From Promethearchaeota archaeon (lineage in GTDB: Archaea; Asgardarchaeota; Lokiarchaeia; Sigyniarchaeales; SOKP01): a stretch of 64,000 bases of DNA. The position numbers were made by a program, and so were the translations under genes. Location of the stretch: positions 64,001 to 128,000 of the forward strand of contig JBHLPW010000001.1 of the NCBI GenBank assembly GCA_048939015.1, given 5' to 3'. The notes below the pieces were generated by a model. It did not search any database. It was given only the letters and a program-made list of their open reading frames with translations, and was not told the origin of the DNA. Position 1 is the first letter of the stretch. Each line of letters begins with the position of its first letter. Below, in pieces: positions 18,919 through 28,382 of this stretch.

Positions 18919-19476
18919 ATGGATTATGTAAAGATTAATGGTAAAAAAGTTGCAATTGGTCAAAATACATTGTATTTAGAGAGTTTTAGCATAAATAGTA
19001 TTAGTGATATAAAAAGATTAAAGAAACTTACTAATTTGAGAGGGCTCTATTTAGAAAAGAATAATATTAAGACAATCGAAGGTTTAGACAATCTTATAAA
19101 TTTAAGAAAACTTCATTTAGAGGCAAATCATATTATAGAAATCAAAGGGTTAGAATCACTCGTTAATTTAGAAGAGTTAGAATTAAGAGGAAATAAAATT
19201 TTAAAAATTGAAGGCTTGGATAACTTAATCGAATTACAACACTTGGATTTAAGCAGAAATAAAATAAGTAGAATGGATGGATTAAATAATTTACATAAAC
19301 TTGAAAGGTTAGATCTAAGTGACAATGAAGTTGAGATTATTCCAGAATTCACGAGTAATCTTTATTCTCTAAAATATTTAGATTTAAGTTCAAATCCCAT
19401 AAAGAGGGATCAAAAAAATGCCAAAATTCTTGATGAAATGAAAAACAATGGAACTGAAATAATTCTAAACAATTGA
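18919..19476 (+). CDS. Leucine-rich repeat protein (SDS22-like)
   Basis: Repeated LxxLxLxxNxIxxIEGLxxLxN units of about 22 aa. Confidence 0.92.
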   Translation: MDYVKINGKKVAIGQNTLYLESFSINSISDIKRLKKLTNLRGLYLEKNNIKTIEGLDNLINLRKLHLEANHIIEIKGLESLVNLEELELRGNKILKIEGLDNLIELQHLDLSRNKISRMDGLNNLHKLERLDLSDNEVEIIPEFTSNLYSLKYLDLSSNPIKRDQKNAKILDEMKNNGTEIILNN

Positions 19477-19517
19477 TATCCTTTTTTTATAAAAAAAATT
19501 TAGAAAAAAATTATATT

Positions 19518-20291
19518 TTATAATATTTTTTTCTCTCGAATAATTAAATATACAATTCCTACTAGTATTAGAGTTCCAGAAATAATCGCAGTTATAGCAA
19601 TGGTTAAATTGAGTGTTATTTGCTTTATAAAAATCCCCAATAATGCCCAAACTACCACGAAACTGTAAAAATAATCTTTCCGTAATAAAAGCATAGCATA
19701 TGTTATAAGTACAGCCACTACAATTACAACAATAGTTAAAATCTCTGCTAATAAACCAAAACTACTAACACCAAGAACAACAAATACTGCTGTTACATTA
19801 GCTATAGTTGCAACAGTTATCCAACCTAAGTAAATACTAAATGGTATGTGTGTAGCAATTTTTTCCATTTTGGAGACATCTGATTTCCCGATATTTAACT
19901 TTGTATAAATCAGTAACAACGAGATCAGTAGGATAATCATAAAAACAAGAGATAGCGGTACTAATTTATAATGCCATACAATAATCCATATAACATTAGC
20001 TAGGCTTCCGATAATAAAAAAATATCCGATTTCATCTAAGTATTTCATTTCAATCTTGTCTTTTTTGAATATATCTCTAATTTGATATATTGAAAAAAGT
20101 CCTAGAAAGAGATAGATAACGCTCCAAATTGAAAAGGTAATTCCTGCTGGTACAAACAAGTTTGGGATTGCATCAGATAACTCTTCAGTAGTTCCAAGTC
20201 CAATTGGTAAAGTAACTGCTAGAAAATTTACAATAACGGTTGCAATATATCCAATAAGATTTAAAATCTGTAAAATTTCTTTCTTTAACAT
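19518..20291 (-). CDS. TspO/MBR-like tryptophan-rich membrane protein
   Basis: LFVPAGITFSIWSVIY, PFSIYLGWITVATIAN, VWALLGI; about 8 TM segments. Confidence 0.75.
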   Translation of the reverse strand: MLKKEILQILNLIGYIATVIVNFLAVTLPIGLGTTEELSDAIPNLFVPAGITFSIWSVIYLFLGLFSIYQIRDIFKKDKIEMKYLDEIGYFFIIGSLANVIWIIVWHYKLVPLSLVFMIILLISLLLIYTKLNIGKSDVSKMEKIATHIPFSIYLGWITVATIANVTAVFVVLGVSSFGLLAEILTIVVIVVAVLITYAMLLLRKDYFYSFVVVWALLGIFIKQITLNLTIAITAIISGTLILVGIVYLIIREKKIL

Positions 20292-20605
20292 TCCAAAAAT
20301 TGACTCCGTTTTGTTATTTACATTTATTATTTTAATATTGATTTAAGGATATCTAATTAATTTTAACCGTTCATATTATTTATCAATTCTACTTGTATTA
20401 AATAAAAAAAATAAGGCAAATTAGAGATTTGGAAAGGAATTCTATATCTCTTATTTATAATCTAAAAATTGGTAATTAATTAAATTTTGACAAAATTTTG
20501 TTTAATAAATATTGTGAATTGTTATTTTTTACATGAAAGATTTAAAAGAGAAGTTAATACTTACGTACATAATTTCTCAATCTTAAATTTTAAAGGCTGT
20601 TTTAT

Positions 20606-21091
20606 ATGACTTTTAAATTAGATGCGTATTGTGGTCTTTATTGTGGAGCATGTTTTATTATGACTGCTTATAACCAGAACCGTACAGATTGTATACCAAT
20701 TGAGTGGAAAAGCAGAATTCAAAATATGGATTTGAAATGTTATGGGTGCAAAAGCGATACTTTATTTGAAAATTGTCGAGGATGTAATATTCGCAAATGT
20801 GCTGAATCAAAGAATATAGAATTTTGCAACAAATGTTCTGAGTATCCTTGTGAGGAATTTAAAAGAATAGAAAAATATAATTTGCCACATCACAATGTTT
20901 CAGTTTATAGTTTTGATAGTATTAAAAAGATTGGAGTTAAAAAATGGTTAGAGCAACAAAAAGAACGATGGTTATGTTCCAAATGTAAAAATCCTTTTTC
21001 ATGGTATGAAGAAAATTGTATTAAATGTGGAAGTGATTTATACAATAGTGTTAAAGAATTTGAAAAACTAAAACATAATTCAAGAAGATAA
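20606..21091 (+). CDS. DUF3795-like Cys-rich protein
   Basis: YCGLYCGAC, CYGC, CRGCNIRKC, FCNKCSEYPC, C-terminal CxxC...CxxC. Confidence 0.85.
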   Translation: MTFKLDAYCGLYCGACFIMTAYNQNRTDCIPIEWKSRIQNMDLKCYGCKSDTLFENCRGCNIRKCAESKNIEFCNKCSEYPCEEFKRIEKYNLPHHNVSVYSFDSIKKIGVKKWLEQQKERWLCSKCKNPFSWYEENCIKCGSDLYNSVKEFEKLKHNSRR

Positions 21092-21223
21092 AATAAAATT
21101 CATACAAACTGAGTGAAAAAATTCAACTTTTTTTTTTATTCCTAACAGCTAATTCATGGAAAAGTTAAAAATTTAGATTTAATTTAATTTTAGCAAATTT
21201 GATAAAATTATAGGAGATTAATT

Positions 21224-21739
21224 ATGGAATTTTATGCAGTAGTTAGAAAACGGAGGAGTTTTCGAGCTTATCAACCAGAAATGCCAGAAAAAGAAAAAAT
21301 TGATAGAATTTTAGAAGCAGCGCGCCTAGCACCAACATGGGCCAATCTACAGGGTGTTCACTATATCCTGGTACAGAAACCAGAAAATGTAAAAGCTGTT
21401 TGGAATGCAATTGAACAAGACACTAAGTTTATCGAAGCACCAATGTTTATAATTGGAACTATTGCCCCCAGTGGATCAGGTACGAATAAGAGTGGTGAAC
21501 CATACTATGGTGTTGACTTTGGGATTTGTTTTGAGCACTTAATTTTAGCAGCAACTGTTGAAGGATTAGCAACTTGTTGGATCGGTTATTTTAATGAGGA
21601 GAAGATTAAAAAATTATTAAAGATCCCAAAAAAATATAAAGTAATGGGAATAACACCTCTAGGATATTCAATTAAGCCAAAAGGAGAAGTAAAAGAAAGA
21701 AAATCTATTGAGAAAATTGTTCATTATGAGCAATTTTAA
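21224..21739 (+). CDS. Nitroreductase family protein
   Basis: RRSFRAY, ILEAARLAPTWAN, GLATCWIG, PLGY. Confidence 0.92.
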   Translation: MEFYAVVRKRRSFRAYQPEMPEKEKIDRILEAARLAPTWANLQGVHYILVQKPENVKAVWNAIEQDTKFIEAPMFIIGTIAPSGSGTNKSGEPYYGVDFGICFEHLILAATVEGLATCWIGYFNEEKIKKLLKIPKKYKVMGITPLGYSIKPKGEVKERKSIEKIVHYEQF

Positions 21740-21777
21740 TTTAATTAATATTTTTTTATATAAGTTTTATTTTACCT

Positions 21778-21960
21778 ATGCGAATAAGAAAATGTTTTAG
21801 ATGTGGAAAAGATTTGGATTATGAGAGTTATATTAAAAATGGTAATTCTAACGATATCGAACATTTAACCGAAATTTGGGAATGCAATTATATTGAATTA
21901 TTTTGTTGTCATTGTTATTGCTTGAAAATAAAATATCAATCAAATATAAAAAAAGAATAA
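21778..21960 (+). CDS. Small zinc-finger-like protein
   Basis: CFRCG...LFCCHC in 60 aa; fills an intergenic gap on the same strand as its neighbours. Confidence 0.65.
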   Translation: MRIRKCFRCGKDLDYESYIKNGNSNDIEHLTEIWECNYIELFCCHCYCLKIKYQSNIKKE

Positions 21961-22044
21961 CTCTATAATTAAATAAAGACAGAATATTGATTTCCATTTA
22001 TTTAAATTATTTTCCTTTAAATAGTTCTAATTTTAATTTATTTC

Positions 22045-22326
22045 ATGAAAAATAAGTCTGAAGTTCTTTGTGAAATAATTTACATTGACCATAAATATAA
22101 TCGCTTAACGAGTCGAATTGGGACTGTTAATAAGCATCAATTAAATGATTATTCCAAAAATTCAAATGATTTTATCATTTTTAATGAAAAATATAACGCT
22201 CCAATTTTGAAATCTGATATTAAAGAAATAATTATTCATCAAGATAATAGGCCAACTTCCTTTAAAATAGAAGATTTAAGAATAAATAAATATACAAAAG
22301 TTCAGAGAACTGGAAAAGTTAGTTAA
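22045..22326 (+). CDS. Hypothetical protein
   Basis: 93-aa ORF with no competing gene; no recognisable motif. Confidence 0.5.
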   Translation: MKNKSEVLCEIIYIDHKYNRLTSRIGTVNKHQLNDYSKNSNDFIIFNEKYNAPILKSDIKEIIIHQDNRPTSFKIEDLRINKYTKVQRTGKVS

Positions 22327-22373
22327 TAAGTAAAAATCCATAGTAATTTCCATTATCTTCTAAAATCATTAAA

Positions 22374-22778
22374 TTATTTATTTTTAAGTTTAAAAAGGAT
22401 TTCTTCCAGTATTTTTATTACCTTTTCTGTGTACTTTTGTTGATTTGGATAATTATAACTGAAATTTTTCCAATATGGTCGCTTATGCCCGATTTTAAAT
22501 TTAACTCCTTTCATAGAAGTCATATAAGAATTATTATCAATTTTAGTAGCAATCTGATCAGCAATTATATACCAGTGAAATTTAGTATTAATAGCCGCTC
22601 CTGTATTATTAGGTGCAGACTTATTCCTTTTTTTTATACTCTCGAATTTAAAATTCCATTTATCAGGTTCTATTTTAGTTTCATACCATTTTGCATTGGT
22701 ATAATTCCAGAAATGAGAATTCCCTATTTTCATTCCAGTATATATTTTATTATTAAACTTTTTGAGAGTATTATACAT
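22374..22778 (-). CDS. Conserved hypothetical protein
   Basis: YTGMKIG.SH.W.Y, HWYIIADQ, KFKIGHKR resemble, from memory, an uncharacterised family also seen in bacteria and fungi. Confidence 0.75.
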   Translation of the reverse strand: MYNTLKKFNNKIYTGMKIGNSHFWNYTNAKWYETKIEPDKWNFKFESIKKRNKSAPNNTGAAINTKFHWYIIADQIATKIDNNSYMTSMKGVKFKIGHKRPYWKNFSYNYPNQQKYTEKVIKILEEILFKLKNK

Positions 22779-22898
22779 TATGCGATCAAGTAATTCGATA
22801 TTAAAACATATGTCAAAAAAACAAGATCATATAAAAACAATAATAGTCCTAAAATTTTTTATTTAAAATAAAAAAAAATTATTAAGAGAATTTATTAA

Positions 22899-23333
22899 TT
22901 ATTTTTCAGTTTTCCATTTATATTGTTTTGGGCCAGCAAATATTAAGACCAATGCGGGTATTATGATTGCAAATCCACCCCATCCATATCCTAACACTTC
23001 TATAATTATTCCCCATAAAAGCATCCATGGGAATCTTATACTTCCAAGTGGTAATATCCACTCATATAAACCATCCCAATCTTTATTAGCACATTTATTT
23101 GAGAATTTAGGCCTAATTACAAAAAATGAGATTAATATTACTAAAATTCCAGCTATGATCCACCAAATAGGATATCCCATACCTGCTGCTCCTATACCAT
23201 ATGGTAAAGCTGCAAGTAGGGTAATAGTAGGAATAGATATTACAATGTCGATAATTCCACTCACAATTCCTATTATCCAAGCCCATTTCCCTAGAGTTGA
23301 TACCCATGATGCATGCTTCCATTCTGTACTCAT
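22899..23333 (-). CDS. Small integral membrane protein
   Basis: About 4 hydrophobic segments; GAGGT SD upstream. Confidence 0.75.
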   Translation of the reverse strand: MSTEWKHASWVSTLGKWAWIIGIVSGIIDIVISIPTITLLAALPYGIGAAGMGYPIWWIIAGILVILISFFVIRPKFSNKCANKDWDGLYEWILPLGSIRFPWMLLWGIIIEVLGYGWGGFAIIIPALVLIFAGPKQYKWKTEK

Positions 23334-23511
23334 ATCTTGTACCTCAATCCTTATTTTTTTATATTTGATAATTGATTTTTCAAAGTAAAAAAAAATCTAT
23401 TCCTTACTAGAATTAAAAATAATTTAAATAGTATTTAGTTATAACTCAGTATCCATATTGGGTAACTAAAAATTGAAAATTTGAATTAAATTAGCTCTTT
23501 TTCTTATAGAT

Positions 23512-24978
23512 TTAAGTTTTCGATTCGAGTATTTCTCCTACATAGTATAACCCTACTAAGTTTCCTCTACGCTCAAATTTCCTTGAGACTAATAGAATTA
23601 TTACATGCTCATTCTCATCCAATAATTTATTGTCAACAGCATGTTTTACAGATTGTTCTATGATTTCTTCAGCATCCATATTAAAGAAATCTATATTTTC
23701 AATATGAATTGCTTGGACGGCCCATACCAAATTTAATTCTCGTGCAGTTCTTTTATAGGGGGTTATTGCAATTATTGGTAAGGGAGGTCTATATTTCGCA
23801 ATCATTCTTGCTCCATACCCCTTTCTCGTAATCACCAAAATTTTTCCTCTAAAGTTTAATTCTTCCATTTCAGTTGCCAATGAATGAATAGCATGACCTA
23901 AAGTTTGAGTATGAGTTAATCTATCAGAATCGTATTTATCAGGTGTCCTTTTAGGCATGTTTTCAGTTGCAGTTTTAGCGATTTGATTCATATATTGGAC
24001 AGCATTAATTGGATATTTTCCGACCGCAGTCTCTGCTGAGAGCATTACTGCATCAGCTCCATCCATTACTGCATTATATACATCATTAGCCTCCGCTCTG
24101 GTTGGGATAGGATTAGAAACCATCGATTCAAGCATTTGAGTTGCAACAATAATAGGTTTTCCTTCACGATTACTTTTATAAATCATTTCCTTCTGCCATA
24201 ATGGGACTTTATCTGGATCTATCTCAACGCCTAAGTCCCCTCTAGCAACCATTATTCCGTCGCTTACTTCGAGTATCTGATCAAAGTTGGTTAAAGCTAT
24301 AGGTCGTTCAATTTTAGAAATTAATTTAATTTTAGAATTACCATAGTTTTCAAGTAATCTTTTAACATGTAATACATCATCCCCTCCTGAGACAAAGGAT
24401 ATTGCAACATATTCAGGATTAATTTTTGCAATAAATTCAAGATCTTTAACATCCTTTTCAGTTGGGACTTTTTGAGATAATTCTCCAGCAGGAATATTAA
24501 CACCCTTTCTATTACTAATTGTACCTCCCGCTAAAACCTCTCCTACTATATGATCGGATTCTTTCACAATAACTTTAATTTTAATAATTCCATCATTTAC
24601 AAAAAAAGAATCGCCTATATTCATTGAATTAAGAAAACCAGTTAATGGAACGGAGAATTGATTTTGATCACCTTCAATATCTTTCTCAAAGACTTTTACT
24701 TTTTGGCCAATTCCTAAGTTATAGGCTTTATCTTCCTTAAATTTTCCAACCCTAATTTTCGGTCCTTGAATATCAGCCAAAATGCCTATATGTTTAACAT
24801 TCTCACTTACTTCTCTAATTCTTTCAGCTAATTCTCTTTTTTCTTCATGAGTTCCATGTGAGAAATTCAATCTAAAAATATCAACTCCGGTGTCTATTAA
24901 TTTTCTAAGCATTTCTTTTGAACTTGAGGCTGGACCAAGCGTACTTACTATTTTCACTGTATTTTCTCTAAATGACAT
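23512..24978 (-). CDS. pyk: Pyruvate kinase
   Basis: KIVSTLGPAS, FRLNFSHG, DIQGPKIR, MVARGDLGVE, ATQMLESM, PTRAEANDV. Confidence 0.98.
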   Translation of the reverse strand: MSFRENTVKIVSTLGPASSSKEMLRKLIDTGVDIFRLNFSHGTHEEKRELAERIREVSENVKHIGILADIQGPKIRVGKFKEDKAYNLGIGQKVKVFEKDIEGDQNQFSVPLTGFLNSMNIGDSFFVNDGIIKIKVIVKESDHIVGEVLAGGTISNRKGVNIPAGELSQKVPTEKDVKDLEFIAKINPEYVAISFVSGGDDVLHVKRLLENYGNSKIKLISKIERPIALTNFDQILEVSDGIMVARGDLGVEIDPDKVPLWQKEMIYKSNREGKPIIVATQMLESMVSNPIPTRAEANDVYNAVMDGADAVMLSAETAVGKYPINAVQYMNQIAKTATENMPKRTPDKYDSDRLTHTQTLGHAIHSLATEMEELNFRGKILVITRKGYGARMIAKYRPPLPIIAITPYKRTARELNLVWAVQAIHIENIDFFNMDAEEIIEQSVKHAVDNKLLDENEHVIILLVSRKFERRGNLVGLYYVGEILESKT

Positions 24979-25072
24979 TATTTTAACCTTATTATAATTT
25001 TAAAATTAGTTTGGAATTTGAAATCTAAACTATTAAAGTGATTAATATAATTATTGTGTTTATGCTTAAAAA

Positions 25073-25543
25073 TTATTCATTTTCTACTATATTCCTTATT
25101 TTATCTAACTTATTACGATATTCTGTCCTATATGATTTCAGTCTTTCGATTAGATTAATAAAATCTTTAATTTCCTTAATTTCTTTTAATAACAGCAATT
25201 GTATTCGAAAAGTTTTTGGAAAAATTGAATATTGAATCAGCTTTAAATCATTTTTTATAGCAATGTTTCGTGCTATTTGAACTAACAAATCAGAACTACT
25301 ATTTGCTAATGTAATAGCTAAAAAATACCTTAATTTTGGTGTTTTGGCGAAATTTTTTACACTAAAAAAATAATAATTTCTATATTTATTCCTTAAATCG
25401 TAAATATTTTCTATGGTTAAGGTTTTAGACGTACTATCAACAATCTCAGAGATCGGAGCATGTTTTCCTTTTATTTTTTTAGCGTTTTTAATTATTTCAT
25501 TCTTAATGAATGATTTCAAATCCGGTTTGATTGAATTTTGCAT
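25073..25543 (-). CDS. Hypothetical protein
   Basis: 156-aa ORF co-oriented between aor and pyk; no motif recognised. Confidence 0.65.
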   Translation of the reverse strand: MQNSIKPDLKSFIKNEIIKNAKKIKGKHAPISEIVDSTSKTLTIENIYDLRNKYRNYYFFSVKNFAKTPKLRYFLAITLANSSSDLLVQIARNIAIKNDLKLIQYSIFPKTFRIQLLLLKEIKEIKDFINLIERLKSYRTEYRNKLDKIRNIVENE

Positions 25544-25613
25544 TTTTTATTTTCCTAATCTGTTTAAAAATAAAACTTAAACCTCTTTAACTATAGTCTT
25601 ATAAAAACATGAG

Positions 25614-27584
25614 TCAATATAAATCCTTTATAACAAAATCCAAATTAAGTTCTTTAAGAGTTTGTTTTAAAGGATATCCATTCTCAGGATTCCACCCCAT
25701 TTCATTACAATATCCTTTATAAAATTCTTCATATTCAATGGATATACCTTTTGTGGGTCCCTTTTTATCTGGAGGATGTCCAGTAACTCTCCCAGGTAAT
25801 TTATTGGCTGCAATTTCTATCCCTTCACGTAAAGTAAATGCTTGACGAAGAGTTTGAATTCTTAACCCTATCTTTATTAATTCATTAACAGACACTTTCC
25901 AACCAGTGAGATTATTAATCAAATCGATAAAAGGATATTGACCAAATAGAGTAGAAAATATACATAAACCAGCGCTATTAATAACTTGATGAATACAAGT
26001 CGTTAACATTTGTCCTATGTGTTTTTTTCTTTCATTTTTTTTCCAACCTTTTGGTAGCCTAAATCCTTTCTGAAATCTATTGATGGGACCTATATCAATG
26101 AAATCAATACTAGCAGCGGTATGTCTTCCTGGCGTAGGATCATAATTATAAGTGAAAGCTAAGGAAGGGAAAACTCTTGGATTATGCATTGCAATTTCAG
26201 AACCTAGAGAAGTAATAGCATAGTTTATTGACTCTTTTCCAATTTTTTCTGCTGCGGTTTTACATCCATCAGCTAAGATGTCTCCAATACCCTCCCGTTG
26301 AATAATTTTTTTTACTAATTCAATAATGGCATTTGAGTTGCCCCAGGTTAATTTTAAACCATCTGTATCTTTTTCAGTTAAAATTCCATTTTCAAAGCAC
26401 TCTATTGCAAATGCTACCGTTGCACCAGTAGAAATTGTATCTATAGCCGCTCTATTGCATATCTCATTTAACTCAAAGATAGATAGTAAATCATGATTAA
26501 GTAAAAGTGCACCAAATGAACAACAAGTTTCATATTCGGGGAGATGCGTTTCATCTAGATTGAGTTCTGGAACTTTTAATATTCCACCACATTGAACTGG
26601 ACAGCTAAAACAACCAAATTCTCTAATTTTATATTTTTGTATCTTTATTGCGGATAAATCCTGTGATTTTTTGAAAGAATAGTCATACATTCCAATCCCA
26701 GACCAATTTTTTATCGGAGAATCGTTTATTTCAGCCGAAATAGTGTTTGCGACGCTAGTTCCAAATAATTTATAGATTTCTCTTATCATTTTTGGAGGTC
26801 CTGCAAATCCTATTCTAAATCTGCGTATTGTTTTAGCTAATTTTGGTACATTTTTTAATATTGATCTAATTAATTTATTTGGTTCTTGATACGTTCCGCT
26901 TTCATTATAGTTTTTTACTAACTCTAAAAATTTTACTCGATTATTGATATTAATCCTCTTATTTCCTTTCAATACAAGTGCTTTCAATTTTTTTGATCCC
27001 ATAATTGATCCCAATCCTGCTCGAGCGGCAATTCGACCTTTATCATTTGCTATACCTGAAATTTTTGATAAATTTTCTCCAGCTTGCCCAATTGCAGCGG
27101 TTTTAATAAATTTGCCATGTTTCTCCTTCAATCTTGATTCTGTTTCAATAATGTCTAACCCCCAAATATCTGAAGCATCTAAAATCTTCATTTTATCTTC
27201 TTGAATTAAAACATATTTGGGTGTTTTAGCTGCTCCTTTAAAAATTATAGCATCGTAACCACTTTTTTTTATCTCTGGACCAAAATTCCCTCCACTATTA
27301 GAATCGCCCCAAGTTCCTGTTAAAGGTGATTTCCCTGCAATCATATACCTTCCTGAAAATGGTGCGGCCGTACCAGTTAATAAACCTGGAAAAAAACCAA
27401 AAATTGATTTCGGATCTAATGGATTAATACTCCCCAACATATTCTCATAAATTAGTTTTACAGCTAATCCATATCCTCCAAGATATTGGCGATATATCTC
27501 TTCTGGTATTGATTGGTCTTTAAAACTTTCTTCTGTAAGATTGATCCATAACACTTTTCCAAAAAAACCAGAACCCATATTCAT
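25614..27584 (-). CDS. aor: Tungsten-dependent aldehyde:ferredoxin oxidoreductase family protein
   Basis: YLGGYGLA, KSPLTG, DSNSGG, GSKKLKA, CFSCPVQC, PEYET, DTISTG. Confidence 0.93.
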   Translation of the reverse strand: MNMGSGFFGKVLWINLTEESFKDQSIPEEIYRQYLGGYGLAVKLIYENMLGSINPLDPKSIFGFFPGLLTGTAAPFSGRYMIAGKSPLTGTWGDSNSGGNFGPEIKKSGYDAIIFKGAAKTPKYVLIQEDKMKILDASDIWGLDIIETESRLKEKHGKFIKTAAIGQAGENLSKISGIANDKGRIAARAGLGSIMGSKKLKALVLKGNKRININNRVKFLELVKNYNESGTYQEPNKLIRSILKNVPKLAKTIRRFRIGFAGPPKMIREIYKLFGTSVANTISAEINDSPIKNWSGIGMYDYSFKKSQDLSAIKIQKYKIREFGCFSCPVQCGGILKVPELNLDETHLPEYETCCSFGALLLNHDLLSIFELNEICNRAAIDTISTGATVAFAIECFENGILTEKDTDGLKLTWGNSNAIIELVKKIIQREGIGDILADGCKTAAEKIGKESINYAITSLGSEIAMHNPRVFPSLAFTYNYDPTPGRHTAASIDFIDIGPINRFQKGFRLPKGWKKNERKKHIGQMLTTCIHQVINSAGLCIFSTLFGQYPFIDLINNLTGWKVSVNELIKIGLRIQTLRQAFTLREGIEIAANKLPGRVTGHPPDKKGPTKGISIEYEEFYKGYCNEMGWNPENGYPLKQTLKELNLDFVIKDLY

Positions 27585-27967
27585 CTTTTAGATTTCTTTT
27601 AAATTTTAATAAAATTAGTATTAAAAAATTTATCGAAATTGAGTCTTCTAATTATCATATCTTAATTTTTATAATGATTTTAAAAAAGTATTCAATAATT
27701 ATCGGTTTTATTAAAAAACCTATGGATTATTAAGTTTCTTTAATAGGAAGCTATAAATTATGTTAAGCGATTAATCTTGCCTTAAATACTAGTAAGGAAA
27801 CATTTAAATATACAATTTATTATACAACTAATGGTACAGAGTTCAGCGATCATTTAGAAATAATCATCTTTCTATTATTTCAGTACAATTTTAGCGTTCA
27901 TTAAGGGTTTGCATAAGTAGTTTATATTTTAATAAAAAACGAATAAATTTCTTTACAAATTAGAAAA

Positions 27968-28189
27968 ATGGCTATGTCATTACTCCCAACAATAAAAAAA
28001 AATCAAATTTCAATACAAAAATTCATTGATTGGGATAAATTTGAGAATGTTTTTTATAATAATTTTTACCTAGATAAATTTAAAATAGTTATCAAGATGC
28101 CTCTTATTCCTATAGAAGAAGGAAAAGATGATATTAAAATAAAGAAGTTTAATCTTGAGAAATATACTTTTCTTATTTCATATGATTGA
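27968..28189 (+). CDS. Small hypothetical protein
   Basis: 73-aa ORF downstream of a TATA-like TTTAAATA near 27803; no competing gene. Confidence 0.55.
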   Translation: MAMSLLPTIKKNQISIQKFIDWDKFENVFYNNFYLDKFKIVIKMPLIPIEEGKDDIKIKKFNLEKYTFLISYD

Positions 28190-28214
28190 AGAATTATTTA
28201 AATGGACTTAATAC

Positions 28215-28352
28215 TCATTTATCCTTTGTTTTCTTACTTTTTACTCTATTATGTTTATTCCAACAAGAAAAGCAAATGAAAGTTCCATTTTCTAAAAGAA
28301 CTAAATCTTTTGTTGCTCGTATCATTCCACATTTGTGGCAGGTTTCAATCAT
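28215..28352 (-). CDS. 45-aa CxxC...CxxC zinc-finger micro-protein (missed by ORF track)
   Basis: Hand translation: MIETCHKCGMIRATKDLVLLENGTFICFSCWNKHNRVKSKKTKDK; follows the acyl-CoA ligase on the same strand. Confidence 0.7.
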   Translation of the reverse strand: MIETCHKCGMIRATKDLVLLENGTFICFSCWNKHNRVKSKKTKDK

Positions 28353-28382
28353 AAAACGAATAAATGACTTTTCTTTATATTA

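Noticed and set aside
18919-19476. LRR protein as a novel system
   Set aside because: Stand-alone SDS22-like LRR proteins are common in this kind of genome, and there is no partner domain or informative context here
22437-23388. Plus-strand ORFs 22437-22793 and 22963-23388, and alternate-frame 23113-23322
   Set aside because: Overlap better-supported minus-strand genes; composition typical of antisense shadows
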